In this document: piece after piece, positions 28,998-41,000 of the stretch
Layout: every line of letters begins with the position of its first letter
How positions within the stretch are numbered: the first letter of the stretch is position 1
Source of the DNA: Eledone cirrhosa
Taxonomy: Eukaryota
Reading direction: 5' to 3'
Assembly: GCA_964016885.1 (NCBI GenBank)
Contig: OZ024760.1
Location: 15,190,001-15,254,000 of the forward strand
Length of the DNA stretch: 64,000 nucleotides
Made by a program: the position numbers and the translations under genes
Notes under the pieces: generated by a model
The model's input: the letters and a program-made list of their open reading frames with translations, nothing else
Told to the model about the DNA's origin: nothing
Database searches by the model: none

Positions 28998-29039
<42 letters not shown>

Positions 29040-29129
29040 GTGTGTGTATGTGTGTGTGTGTGTTTAGGTTTCCCACAGGAAAAATAGTCAATGGTTGATT
29101 GGTAGCAGGATTGGTTGTTGTTGAGTGAG

Positions 29130-29257
29130 AGACGGCGGTGACGTCGGATGGCGACGGTGACGTCGGATGGCGGCGGTGACGTCGGATGGCGGCGGTGACG
29201 TCGGATGGCGGCGGTGACGTCGGATGGCGGCGGTGACGTCAGATGGCGGCGGTGACT
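29130..29257. repeat. 19-bp GC-rich minisatellite (~6.5 copies)
   Basis: GGCGGCGGTGACGTCGGAT unit. Confidence 0.9.
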
Positions 29258-29869
29258 CCGACACCACAGGAATGTTACAACTACTACTACTGTTGTGGAG
29301 GTGGTGGTGGTGGGGGGTGGGGGAGGGAGGTACCAGTGGTTGGTGGTGTGCTGGTGGTGGTGGTGGTGATGGTGTCGGTGGGGATGGTACCAGTGGTTGC
29401 TGTGATGGTGGGGATGTTAAGACTGTAATAAAGACTGGAAGCTTTGACTGTGGAAAGGTGAATGGCGGGATTTGAACTCAGATCGTAAAGGGACGTAACT
29501 ATGCTGGAAAGCATGGCGTCCGACCCTCTACCGATACTGCCAATTTAAAGTTAAGGATAACAAACTATATTGCTGTAGTTAGTATTTGTTTCACCCTAGC
29601 AAACTTGGTCCTTACTATTCGAACACATGTATGTTTATATTAGTGTTTATCTCTCTTGTTTATTCAATTATATTGTACGGCTCGGAAAAGCTTTTTTCTT
29701 AGAGCTATTTAATTGTAAGAGACTACTCTGAGTTTTTAACTGTATATATATATATATCACCAATAGTGTTGCAAGAGATGTCAACAAATGGACCTGTTAT
29801 TTTTATCTAAAGACATTTTATCCAATTCCATCCCGCCCGTCCCCTCAATCTATCTTATTTCTCATTCTT

Positions 29870-29905
29870 TCTTCTGATGAAGGACTAGCGTCCGAACCGT
29901 TAAGA
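29870..29905 (+). ncRNA. Minimal hammerhead motif, mutated copy (GAAC for GAAA)
   Basis: TCTT-CTGATGA-A-GGACTAGCGTCC-GAAC-CG-TT-AAGA; ~29790-29990 is an inverted copy of ~42590-42790. Confidence 0.6.
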
Positions 29906-30234
29906 CCCTCTCCCTGCTATATCAAGCGTTAACCTAATATATCCCTTCCATATACTGTACCGATTGTGTTGTTATTTCTGTTTACCTTTTACATATATTA
30001 TATATATACACACATGCTATTATTTGAGTAATATGGATTAAAACATAAACTTTGTCCTTCGACGTTGTACCTAAATTAGAAACCATTATGGCGGATTGGC
30101 AGTATCAGTAGAGGGTCGGACGCCTGCTTTGCAGCAAAGAGTTATGGCCCTTTATAGTCTGAGTTCAAATATTTGAATAAAACTGAGCCCTTCTTCCTTT
30201 CATGACCAAAATATATCCTTATTTAGCTTGATAG

Positions 30235-30487
30235 TTAACCTAACCCTGACCTGTGAACCAAGTTTCAATGGGTTTCCTTCCACCCTTGACTTGTGAACCA
30301 AGTTTCAAGGGGCTTCCTTCCAGCCCTTACCTATGAACCAAGTTTCAAGGGGTTTCGTTAACCTAATCCTGACCTGTGAACCAAGTTTCAAGAGGTTTCG
30401 TTAACCTAATCCTGACCTGTGAACCAAGTTTCAAGGGGTTTCCTTCCAGCCCTGACCTGTGAACCAAGTTTCAAGAGGTTTCCTTCA
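30235..30487. repeat. ~40-bp minisatellite (~6 copies)
   Basis: CCTGACCTGTGAACCAAGTTTCAAGGGGTTTC unit core. Confidence 0.9.
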
Positions 30488-31571
30488 CTGGTCTATCAGA
30501 TAGCTGCCACACCTCTCTTTCAACTCCTCCCCCTTACCATAATGTCACATCAACACCACCACCACCATCTCCATTACCACCACCACCACCACTACCATCA
30601 CCATCACCACTACCATCACCATCACCACTACCATCACCATCACCACTACCATTACCATCACCACTACCATCAACATCACCACTACCGACACCATCACCAC
30701 TACCATCACCACCACCACCACCATCACCACCACCACTGCCATCACCATCACCACCACCACCACCATCACCACCACCACCACCATCACCACCACCACCAAC
30801 ACCACCTGTAACCCTTTTTTTTCTCCCCCACCTGCCCCTATCACAGTGTCACTTCAGGTATTATATCACATTTTTAGTGTACTTAATTTTAAGGAGAAGA
30901 TCAACTTTTAGAAGGATATAAATAGGATAATGTAACACCTTAGGCAAGTTCTTTAACTGTTTAATGAAGACAACCACAAGGATGTGGTCCGAACGTAGAA
31001 GAGCCGAACCCCCACTGTCATCGCCTCCATCTCTCTCGCCCTCCCCATCTCTCATGTACACCAGGTCCGAACACAGAGGAGCCGAACTCCCACTGTCATC
31101 GCCTCCATCTCTCTCGCCCTCCCCATCTCTCTGTATGGTGAGCAAATGGGGTCCCACGTGCTAGCTTCACTATAGCCCCGGCGGACAGAATGGAGAAGGC
31201 GTTTCCCCGGAGGATGGTAAGGGTGTTTAAACTATGTACACGACATCACTGACCCCTCCCTGTGACAGACAAGAAAAGCAACAAACTTTTAGGATATTTT
31301 GCTTTGATTGCATGCCCATATATGGACTGTACCCCTTGACAAGTTCAGCTAGATTCCCGCCGTTCTAATACTGGTGGGTTCGGATCTAGCTGTAGAAATG
31401 GCTGGAGCTCAGCCGTCGGTGTCTTGACTCTTTTCTTGTTACCCAATCTATTACCCTAAGTATTGAGTACTCTGGTGCGTTATGGTCCACCTGGTATCTT
31501 ACCACACCTTCTTCATTATATATATATATATAGTATAAGAATAAAGTAACAAAGAGTCAGTATTGCATTAT

Positions 31572-31665
31572 AACATATTACATATGTTTCACTGTCGATT
31601 AGCTCGAGGAACGATCTATTATTGATCGAACCTGACTCTGGAATCGAAAAATCCTCAGATATACC
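31572..31665 (-). ncRNA. Type I hammerhead motif with extended (~61-nt) stem II
   Basis: Reverse complement GGTATAT-CTGAGGA-[61 nt hairpin]-GAAA-CATATG-TA-ATATGTT. Confidence 0.65.
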
Positions 31666-32113
31666 TCAGTATGTAAGCTCGTCTCTGAATTTAGACACCT
31701 ATATATATATAATTAAACATACAGTATATTGCCAAATATACAATACAGACATCCATGTATACATCGCTATTTCAGAGCACCAATCCTAATACCTAATTTT
31801 TGCTGGACCGGCAATCACTTTGTCTAATCAGCCCCTGATTATTACTGGAATTCTATAAGAATCCAGCCTCTATAATTCTTGGCAAAGGCAACTGAGTGTG
31901 TGGTCTTGATAAACGCTCACAAGCGAGAAACAGACTGTCTGTTGGCCGCTCTCTGTTGTTTTTGCCGAGAATAAGTAAGTGACATGGTCACTACTTTAAA
32001 AGTCACAGCGAATGGTCTTCTAAATGTTTTTAATTAAACATGCAGTATATTGCCAAATATACTGTACATACATTCATGTATACATCGCTATTTCAGAGCA
32101 CCAATACTAATAT

Positions 32114-32161
<48 letters not shown>

Positions 32162-32173
32162 TTAATATAGATG

Positions 32174-32234
32174 AGATTCTACAGGACTAGAACTGTTTCA
32201 TTCTTTAGAAATCATCAGAAATCATCAGGAATCT
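32174..32234 (-). ncRNA. Type I hammerhead motif with true stem III and a 10-nt internal duplication
   Basis: Reverse complement reads AGATTC-CTGATGA-TTTCTGATGA-TTTCTAAAGAAT-GAAACAG-TTCTAGTC-CTGTA-GAATCT, with a GUA cleavage triplet. Confidence 0.75.
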
Positions 32235-32628
32235 GGGTATCAAAAAATAAGTATGGTATTTATAGGTCTCTTCAGGTGGTAAGAGAAGGTAGGGAGTGGG
32301 ATGGGTGTAGGTCATTGGTTGATAGAAAAGGGAGTTCATTAAAAGCTAATTCTTCAAAGCTATAGTTTATTTTTAGAGTAACAAAGGCAGAAAGAATTCT
32401 ATAAACAAGTTCAGAATGGGGTGCCACTCCTTATTTTTAAGTTTCTCTTAAGCTAACAATGCCTAGATATCAGGTGTCTATAAGATCATTAGGGGTCAGT
32501 CATGGTTGTCTTATAGACACCTGATATCTAGGCTATAATGCTGTAAAGACGGCCCTGAGTCCACTACCCTAAGTATTGAGTACTCTGGTGCGTTATGGTC
32601 CACCTGGTTCCTTACCACACCCTCTTTG

Positions 32629-32683
<55 letters not shown>

Positions 32684-32760
32684 GTAGGAGGTGAGTTTTA
32701 TTGTAGATTAAAACTGCACTATCCACAAGTGTTTTTTAACCTTCATATCATGTCCTCCTG

Positions 32761-32827
32761 TTTTATCTGATGAAAACACAGATATTATTGCATGGTGATA
32801 TTTGTTTTTGAAATGCGCATAATAAAA
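32761..32827 (+). ncRNA. Minimal type I hammerhead motif
   Basis: TTTTAT-CTGATGA-[ACAGATATTATT-GCAT-GGTGATATTTGT stem II]-GAAA-TGCGCA-TA-ATAAAA; all core bases present. Confidence 0.8.
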
Positions 32828-32939
32828 TACATGGAACTCTTTTAACCATCTTTTGTTCTTATATATTATATATATATGTATGCGCATATGTTTTATGTGT
32901 CTCTTGGGTTGAAAAGGAGGTCGAGTATGTTATAAATAG

Positions 32940-32988
32940 TTGCTCCGAAGAATCCAAACCTCGGTTTGGAGGAAACAATTGTAAGCAA
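32940..32988 (+). ncRNA. Minimal type I hammerhead motif, CCGAAGA core variant
   Basis: TTGCT-CCGAAGA-A-TCCAAACCTCGGTTTGGA-G-GAAA-CAATTG-TA-AGCAA, preceded by TATAAATA and ending in AATAAA. Confidence 0.7.
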
Positions 32989-33022
32989 ATAAATGACTTA
33001 AACTGAACTTTGATTACTGTAA

Positions 33023-33057
<35 letters not shown>

Positions 33058-33327
33058 GTATATATGTATATATATATATATATGTATATATATCTACCTA
33101 TTTATCTATCTTAATCAGTTGAGGTTCGTCGTGAGAAGGGTCGAGTGAGGCCACTCTCAGCCATGAATTTCTTCAGAAATGGGAGGAGCATTGAGTGAGA
33201 AGGGACCCCAAAAGCTCTTCTCATGGTACACAATCTGATATGGTGTTACTGAACTTGTTCAGAGAAGGGCCGCTAGGTGGTGCTGCAGGGAACGGAAATT
33301 ACCAGGAAGCTCTATTCACCCCCTCCT

Positions 33328-33382
<55 letters not shown>

Positions 33383-33844
33383 ATCTCTTTCTCCTCTCTC
33401 TCCTATCTCTCTCTTTCTCCTCTCTCTCCTCTCTCTCTCTCCTCTCTCTCCTCTCTCTCTCCTCTCTCTCCTCTCTCTCTTTCTCCTCTCTCTCCTCTCT
33501 CTCTTTCTCCTCTCCCTCTTTCTCCTCTCTCTCTTTCTCCTCTTTCTCCTCTTTCTCCTCTTTCTCCTCTCTTTCTCCTCTCTCTCTTTCTCCTCTCCTC
33601 TCTTTCTCCTCTCTCTCTTTCTCCTCTCCCCTCTTTCTCCTCTCTCTCTTTCTCCTCTTTCTCACCTCTCTATCTCTCCTCTCTCTCTTTCTCCTCTCTC
33701 TCCTCTCTCTCTTTTTATCTCCTCTCTTTCTTTCTCTCCTCCTCTCTCTCTATATATATATATATCTCCCCACCCTCTCTCTTTCTCAATAAGAGTATTA
33801 GTGTGCTTGTGTGTGAGATTGTGTGCATGTATCTGCGTACATGA

Positions 33845-33879
<35 letters not shown>

Positions 33880-34000
33880 AGTGCTTGCCTGTGTTTGAGT
33901 GTGTGTATATGTGTGTGTTTGTGCATATGTGTGTGTGTGTGTGTGTGACAGTGTGTATGACAGTGTGTGTGATAGTGTGTGTGCATATGTGCGTGTGTGC

Positions 34001-34047
<47 letters not shown>

Positions 34048-36020
34048 CGTGTGCATTAACCTGGATTCTAGCCGGAATCAGTAAACTGCGCATCGAAATG
34101 AGACCCCACTCATTCCTCCACCCCTACCTCCACCCCACCCCCACCCGCCTACCCCTTACCCCTTTCTCCCTTCCCATACCCCCCCTCTATAGTCCACTCA
34201 GTCCACCCCTTCTATCGCCCCCTCCCCCTCGGTTCAAATGTCCCACTACCCACTGCACCCACGACCCTCGTTCATCTCATTTCCATTTGCCCTCCATCCC
34301 CACCACACGTCCACACCCCTCCATCTATCCACCCACTCCTCCATTCACCCGTCCACCCACCCCCTAAGTCCACCAATTCCATCCTCCACCCCATCACCTT
34401 GCCAGCAACCCACCTCCTCCACCCACGCCTTACAATCTTATAAACCTATATTACATTTGTGGAGGGTGGTTTGGCGAGGTACCTACCACCACCACCACCT
34501 CTAAACCACCACCACCTCTAACGCCACCACTAAACCAACACCAACACCACTTCTACCACCACCACCACTACCACCACCACCACTACCACCACTACCACCA
34601 CCACCACCTCTACCTCTACCACCACCACCTCTACCACCACCTCTACCACTACCACCACCACCACCACTACCACCAACACTACCACCACCACCACTACCAC
34701 CACTACCACCACTACCACCTCTACCACCACCACCTCTACCACCACCACCTCTACCACCACCACCTCTACCACCACCACCACCTCTACCTCTACCACCACC
34801 ACCACCACCTCTACCACCACCACCTCTACCAACACCACCACTACCACCACCACCACCACCACCACCACCACCACCTCTACCACCACCACCACTACCACCA
34901 CCACCACCACCACCACCACCTCTACCACCACCACCACCTCTACCACCACCACCTCTACCACCACCACCTCTACCAACACCACCACTACCACCACCACCAC
35001 CACCTCTACCACCACCACCACCTCTACCACCACCACCTCTACCACCACCACCACCACCACCACCACCACCACCACCACTACCGTCGCCACCGCCAACCCT
35101 AACCCTCTCCCTATCTTCCTATCTTCCTACCCCCCCCCTCTCACCACTCCCTCCAGTACTTAAACCGTTTCCTTCCTTCCATTTGATGGGCTCTCAGCAA
35201 TTATTATTCGAACCATTAACCCCTACCATTCCCCATTTGTCGAAGGAGGATGTACCTTCGTGGTCTCTCAACCCTGCTAGAAATAGCAGTTAAATGTCCC
35301 TCAAATTACAGACAGCAACAATGGTTTCTGATTTAGGCACAAGGCCAGCAATTTCGGGGAGGGGGAGAAGTCGATTAAATCAATCCCAGTGTATTACTGG
35401 TACTTTATTTGATCGACCACCGTAAGGACGAAAGGCAAAGCTGACCTCTGCGGGATTTGATCCCAGAATGTAAAGGGCCGTAACTCTATGCCACAAATCA
35501 GGGTGTCCGACACTCTACCATTACTGCCAATTGAGGAAAGACGCCTTTGTTTGAGGCAATCACAAAGAACTCAATAGAGTGAAAAACATAACAGTTAAAA
35601 AGTGTGACACCCTAAATATATATGATGGACTCTCCCGTCGATATCCGTTCAGCTCTCTGGATGGCGGTGTCTCATGTGACATTTCAATACCATACAGTGA
35701 CCGACAGACCAAGCCACATAGGTCGCAAGAGCAAGAGTTTATGGAGGGTCTTGCAGGTATGAAGGTCCGTTGTTTCGTCCTTGTCCGGTCAACACACTTT
35801 CTCTATGGGACCGGATTCAAAGCTATTGATCGCACTATGGCACCTTCCTGTCAGCAGCAGTTTGTTCGCAATCACGGAAAAGGGTTGCAAGAGCAGTGAG
35901 ATTTGATTTCAACTTATCCTTATATCGTAGCCATGGTCCACCAGCTTTCCTGTTGCCGCTGCTAAGCTGGCCACCCCCCACACACACGTGCACGCACACG
36001 CGTATATACTTACGCTGTCA

Positions 36021-36090
<70 letters not shown>

Positions 36091-36091
<1 letters not shown>

Positions 36092-36314
36092 GATATTAAA
36101 TAAATGGAAACTATATTTATAAAACCATATTTATTTCATTATATATATTTCAGGGATATCATATTAAAAATATGTTATGCCTTCTTCAGACAAAATACAA
36201 TTATATTGTATTTTGTCTGAAGAAGGCATAACATATTTTTAATATGATATCCCTGAAATATATATAATGAAATAAATATGGTTTTATAAATATAGTTTCC
36301 ATTTATTTAATATC

Positions 36315-36315
<1 letters not shown>
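36091..36315. repeat. Perfect palindrome, 111-bp arms, 3-nt spacer, embedded in (TA)n
   Basis: Centre ATACAAT-TAT-ATTGTAT at 36203; each arm carries CTGAAGA...GAAA (36217-36258 on +). Confidence 0.95.
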
Positions 36316-36409
<94 letters not shown>

Positions 36410-37357
36410 CAATAAAAGTAACGAAGATCGCTGGTGTAAATTCAGCCCTCTGGTCAGCGTCTAGCTCACTCAATGAATCTGGCAAATTGCAGTAATGCAG
36501 TTGCAATCAACTGTTCAGAGTGCACACGTTTAGTTTACTGTAGATACGTTGGCTGTGTTTAGGTAGAAATAGATGTAAATAGCTCCTGGACAACATCGTT
36601 TCTGTGTAATATAATATTACGTCCACAATGTTCAGAAAATCAGGCAAAATAAAACAGTACAACAGCTTTACAAATGTAATTTATTGAATACTTGAAAATT
36701 TAATAATTAGTAACATATTTAGTTTTTACAATGTTGCTGTCTTTTCCTTTCATCTTTAAGGGGTCGATAAAATAAAGTACCAGTAATGCACTGGGTAATT
36801 GCTGGCCTTGTGCCTAAAGTAGAAACAATTATTACTATTACTGTTATTATTGTTGTTGTTGTTGTTGTTGCGTGCTTTCACTGCACTACTGCCGAGTGCA
36901 GCTCTATGTACCTTATGTGGTTGTTGTTTTTTTTTTATTGGAAGAGGCTATGTAGCCGGTAAGAATGTATGTAGCCAGTAAGAGTGTCAGACACCATGAG
37001 TTCCCGAGTTAAGACAATTTGAAATCTGTTCCACCATCATCAGTTCGAGTAAATATGTTATTCACGAATCAATGTGTCATCAATATATGAGTAAATATGT
37101 CATCATTACATGAACAAACGTGGAAGAGGCTATGTAGCCGGTAAGAGGCTATGTAACCGGTAAGAGTGTCAGATGCCGTGAGGTGCGATCCGAGTTAAGA
37201 CAATTTGAAATCTTTTCCACCATCAATTGTTAAAAAAAGAAAAAAACAAATTAAAATCATTTAGTCGTCCATTCGTAACGTAAGTTACGTTTTAGTTAAC
37301 TACACACACATCTACACGTAAATATATAAACAGATACAGACAACAGAAGTGCACCCC

Positions 37358-37388
<31 letters not shown>

Positions 37389-38096
37389 GCACACGCACAC
37401 ATCTACAGGTAAATACATAATCAGTTACAGACAACAGAAATGCAAACCCGCACATACACGCACATCTACACATAAATATATACACAGATACAGACAACAG
37501 AAGGAAGGGCTGGTGAAACACTATAGCGATGTGTGTTGCTTTCCTTTAGGGTTTACCGGCTACGTAGCCTATTCGTTTTTTATTGGTATTTACAGTGTTG
37601 AAAGTACGCTTCGTAATATGTGTAGAGGACCTAGTTTTGTTATTTTCTGTGTGTTGTATATATTTGTAAGTCCTTAAAGTTGAATTATGTATCTGTTTCC
37701 TTGTTTATTATGTTTGTGGTCATTTGTTGTTATTGTAGGGTTTGTTTCTGGTTTCATCATCCACATTCGGGTTATCTCTATTTCTAGATCTTTTATATTT
37801 GAATAATTTTTAAATTTCTTTGAGAGACAAATTGTCATTTGTGGAAACTGAAATTGATACGTCAGTTAGAAGGCATTGCTTTTTTCTCTTTTTTTTATCG
37901 TCTTCATCATCATTATTTTCATCATCATCGTCGTCATCATTTTCACCATCATAATCGTCATCATCATTTTCATCATTATCATCATTTCATCATCATTACC
38001 ATCGTCATCATCATCTTCACCATCGTCGTCATCACCATCGTCACCATCATCGTCGTCATTATCATCATCATCATCCTCAATATTATTTTTGATATA

Positions 38097-41000
38097 TCAA
38101 TCGTCATGATCGAGTGAATATTCGCTTTGTTTTTCGGTTTCCTCATCGAAGCTGTGTCTTTTGACAGGTGGTAACTTGGCGATTGCAGGTGATACAGAAC
38201 GTACCTCTAATTCTCGGCGTAAGCGTTTGATCTCGTCTCTTTGAATTTCCAGCATACGTCGGCATTCCATCAGTTCACTCTGCTGGATGGCACTTGGTGA
38301 CTTGTTGGCCATGGCTTCTAGAAGTTCGGCTGGGTCTTTTCTCCGACCATTTTGACCAGCGCTTCTTTTAAAGGACTTACTGTGTAAGCCGAGGGTCGCT
38401 TCCAGATCGTGTATTTTCGTATGGCACGACTTCAGTTCCAAATGTAGATCGTTAATGTCTTTGATGAGAGTGACGTTCTCTTGCATGATCTTAACGTTCT
38501 CCGTTCGGTGAATTTTCGAGTCGGTCACCAGTTTTCTTTTCAAGGAAGCCACAGTATGGTTCAGATGCGCTCGTTGGCGGTGGTCTTCTTTTTGTATGTC
38601 TGCGTCTACACTGACCGTCTCTGTGATGTCATCTTGTACGTATTTCCTGTACAGACATTTGATACTTTCCTTCAGACATTTTGGTTCCTGTATGTAAATC
38701 AAACAGCGGTGTAAATCCGTCTTAAAACGCATCACCAGACCTTCGGTGTCCTTAACCTGTTGACCTTTTTGATAAAGGGCCTTTGATGTGGCGTTATGTT
38801 TTTGTTTCAAGTCGGTTATCTTCAACTCCAAGCTGATGTTGGACTTTCTAGATTGTTCCAGCTCGGTTTCCATTTCCTGAATTTGAACACACATCCGTTT
38901 GATCTCGTCCTCTCGGGGTTCGATTTGCTTTTTCAACTCTTTGATCTTATAATCTAGAACGAATTTGAATTTCTCCAGTTCCTGATTTTTCTTCTTCAGG
39001 TCATAAATACGTTTTTCTTTGTCTTGTATAGTTTCGTCTCTCTCCAAGATCTCTTTTTTTAAACCTAAAATATCTTTTTCTAAATTACGTATAATCGAAT
39101 TCAATTTATTGATTTCGTCTCGATACTTTCGACTTGCCTCTTTATATTCATCGATATCTTTCTGTAACGTAGAAAACTTTTGTTTCATTATGCCGCTCTC
39201 ACTTTTCAATTTTGTGTTAGAATCTTTCTCTCGACGTAACTCCCTCTCTAAATCTGTTTTTATGTTCAAGATTTCTATATCAGCGTCTTCTTCCATCATC
39301 TTCCTCGTGAGTTCCTCCTCTTTCTGTCGATGGCGATTTTCCTCCTGGGATTGCTGTAGCTTCGAAACCATTTCAAGACGTTTGCTTTCGTATTTTTCTT
39401 CCAATTCATTCAAAGAATTCGCCTTTGTTTCTTCCATTACTTGCAACCGGTGTTCGTTTTCCTCTTGCATTTTCATCAACTTCGTTTGGAGTTCTTGGTA
39501 CTTTTCATATTCCAGCATTAATTTCTGGTTGTTTGCTGACTCTAGGTCTTGGACTTCTTTGGCGTGTTTCTGCATAATTTCTGTCATCTGTTCCCCATGT
39601 TTCGTTTCTAGTTTATCACGTTCTGTTTTTAGAACTTGGTTTTTGGTTTTCAACGATTCCATTTCTTGAATAAACTTGTCTGTGAGTTCTTTGATTTTTT
39701 CGTTATAGTTCATGTCTTTCAATCTAAGTTGATACTCGTTTTCCATTCCCAGTTCATTTACTCTCGTCCTCAGTTCCGACATGATAGAATTTTTCTCTTC
39801 CAAATCACTTTTCGTAATGAGAATCTCGTCCGCATAAACACATCGGATCGAATCCTTCTCGCGTTTTATTCCCCGGCCGTCTTTGTCTTCGATGCTCCAG
39901 ACCATTACTGTAGAATCTTCGGACACACTGATAAGATATTGGTCATCGAAAGTGATCTTAATTCTGGTGATTTTACTCGTGTGGCCTTTGTATTCTTGCC
40001 ACTCCCCACTCGTTCCCAGCGGAAACTTCAGACTCCATAAACAACCGTCGTTGTTCCCAGCAAACAGCATTCGACCCGAATGCGACAGAGACACACTTGA
40101 CAATGTCATTTCGCCTGCATCAACTTGATGAAGGACTTGGGAGTCGCTGATTTCTTTCAATTTGTTGTCATTGCCGACAGCATAAACGGTTTTCCCGTCG
40201 GGTGATATAGACACGGCACTATAGACGCATGTTTTCAGAACATTCTCACCGACTCGTTTTCCTGTGAAAGGTTCCCATTCATACACAGCTCCGTCTCCCC
40301 CACACGACACTAACTTGCTGTCATCGGGGCTCCAAACAACCGAATTAACGAGTTTGTTGTGACCTTTGAGATTAATAACGAGTTCAAAGGTCACCGTGGA
40401 ATAAATCTGAATGACATTGCCGTTGACAGCAGCAAAAAGGTGGCCACCCCTGCTAAAAGCACACTCACGACAGTTCTTACACGGAAACTCCTGGAATTGT
40501 TTTATATCATCAATAAGAATGTTCAACAGCTTTAGTTTATCAGTGAAGCCCGCCAAGACATACAGACCCGACGGATGGAGTGCTACGCTGCAGATCTCTT
40601 CGGAAAACTCTTTGAATAATTCCTGTGAGCAAGTCTCGAAGTTCCAGATACGAATGCTGCGATCGGTCGATGATGTGACTACAATTGGTTTACGGGCGCA
40701 AACATCGAGGCCGGTAATGACGTTAGAGTGAAAACTTTGAGCTAGAATTTCGAAGTAAAGTAACCGCATACCCCCGGGTCTTAAATCCGTTGTGGATAAC
40801 GAGATACTATAAATCTGATTGGTGTTACTGCTCACTACTAACGTGTCTTCTGATGGGCTGATCGTCATACAAGTTATTTTCTGCATATACGTACTACTGT
40901 TTGGTAAAGTGACGCTATTGTCAATGGGGATCAGAACTTCTCTGGTCTTTCTATAAAGTTCTTTTTCTTCTGACCGTTCAAACAAATGAACTGTACCCAC

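Noticed and set aside
38481-40731. Plus-strand ORFs inside CFAP57 (and minus-strand ORFs inside SNX19)
   Set aside because: Antisense shadows of real coding sequence.
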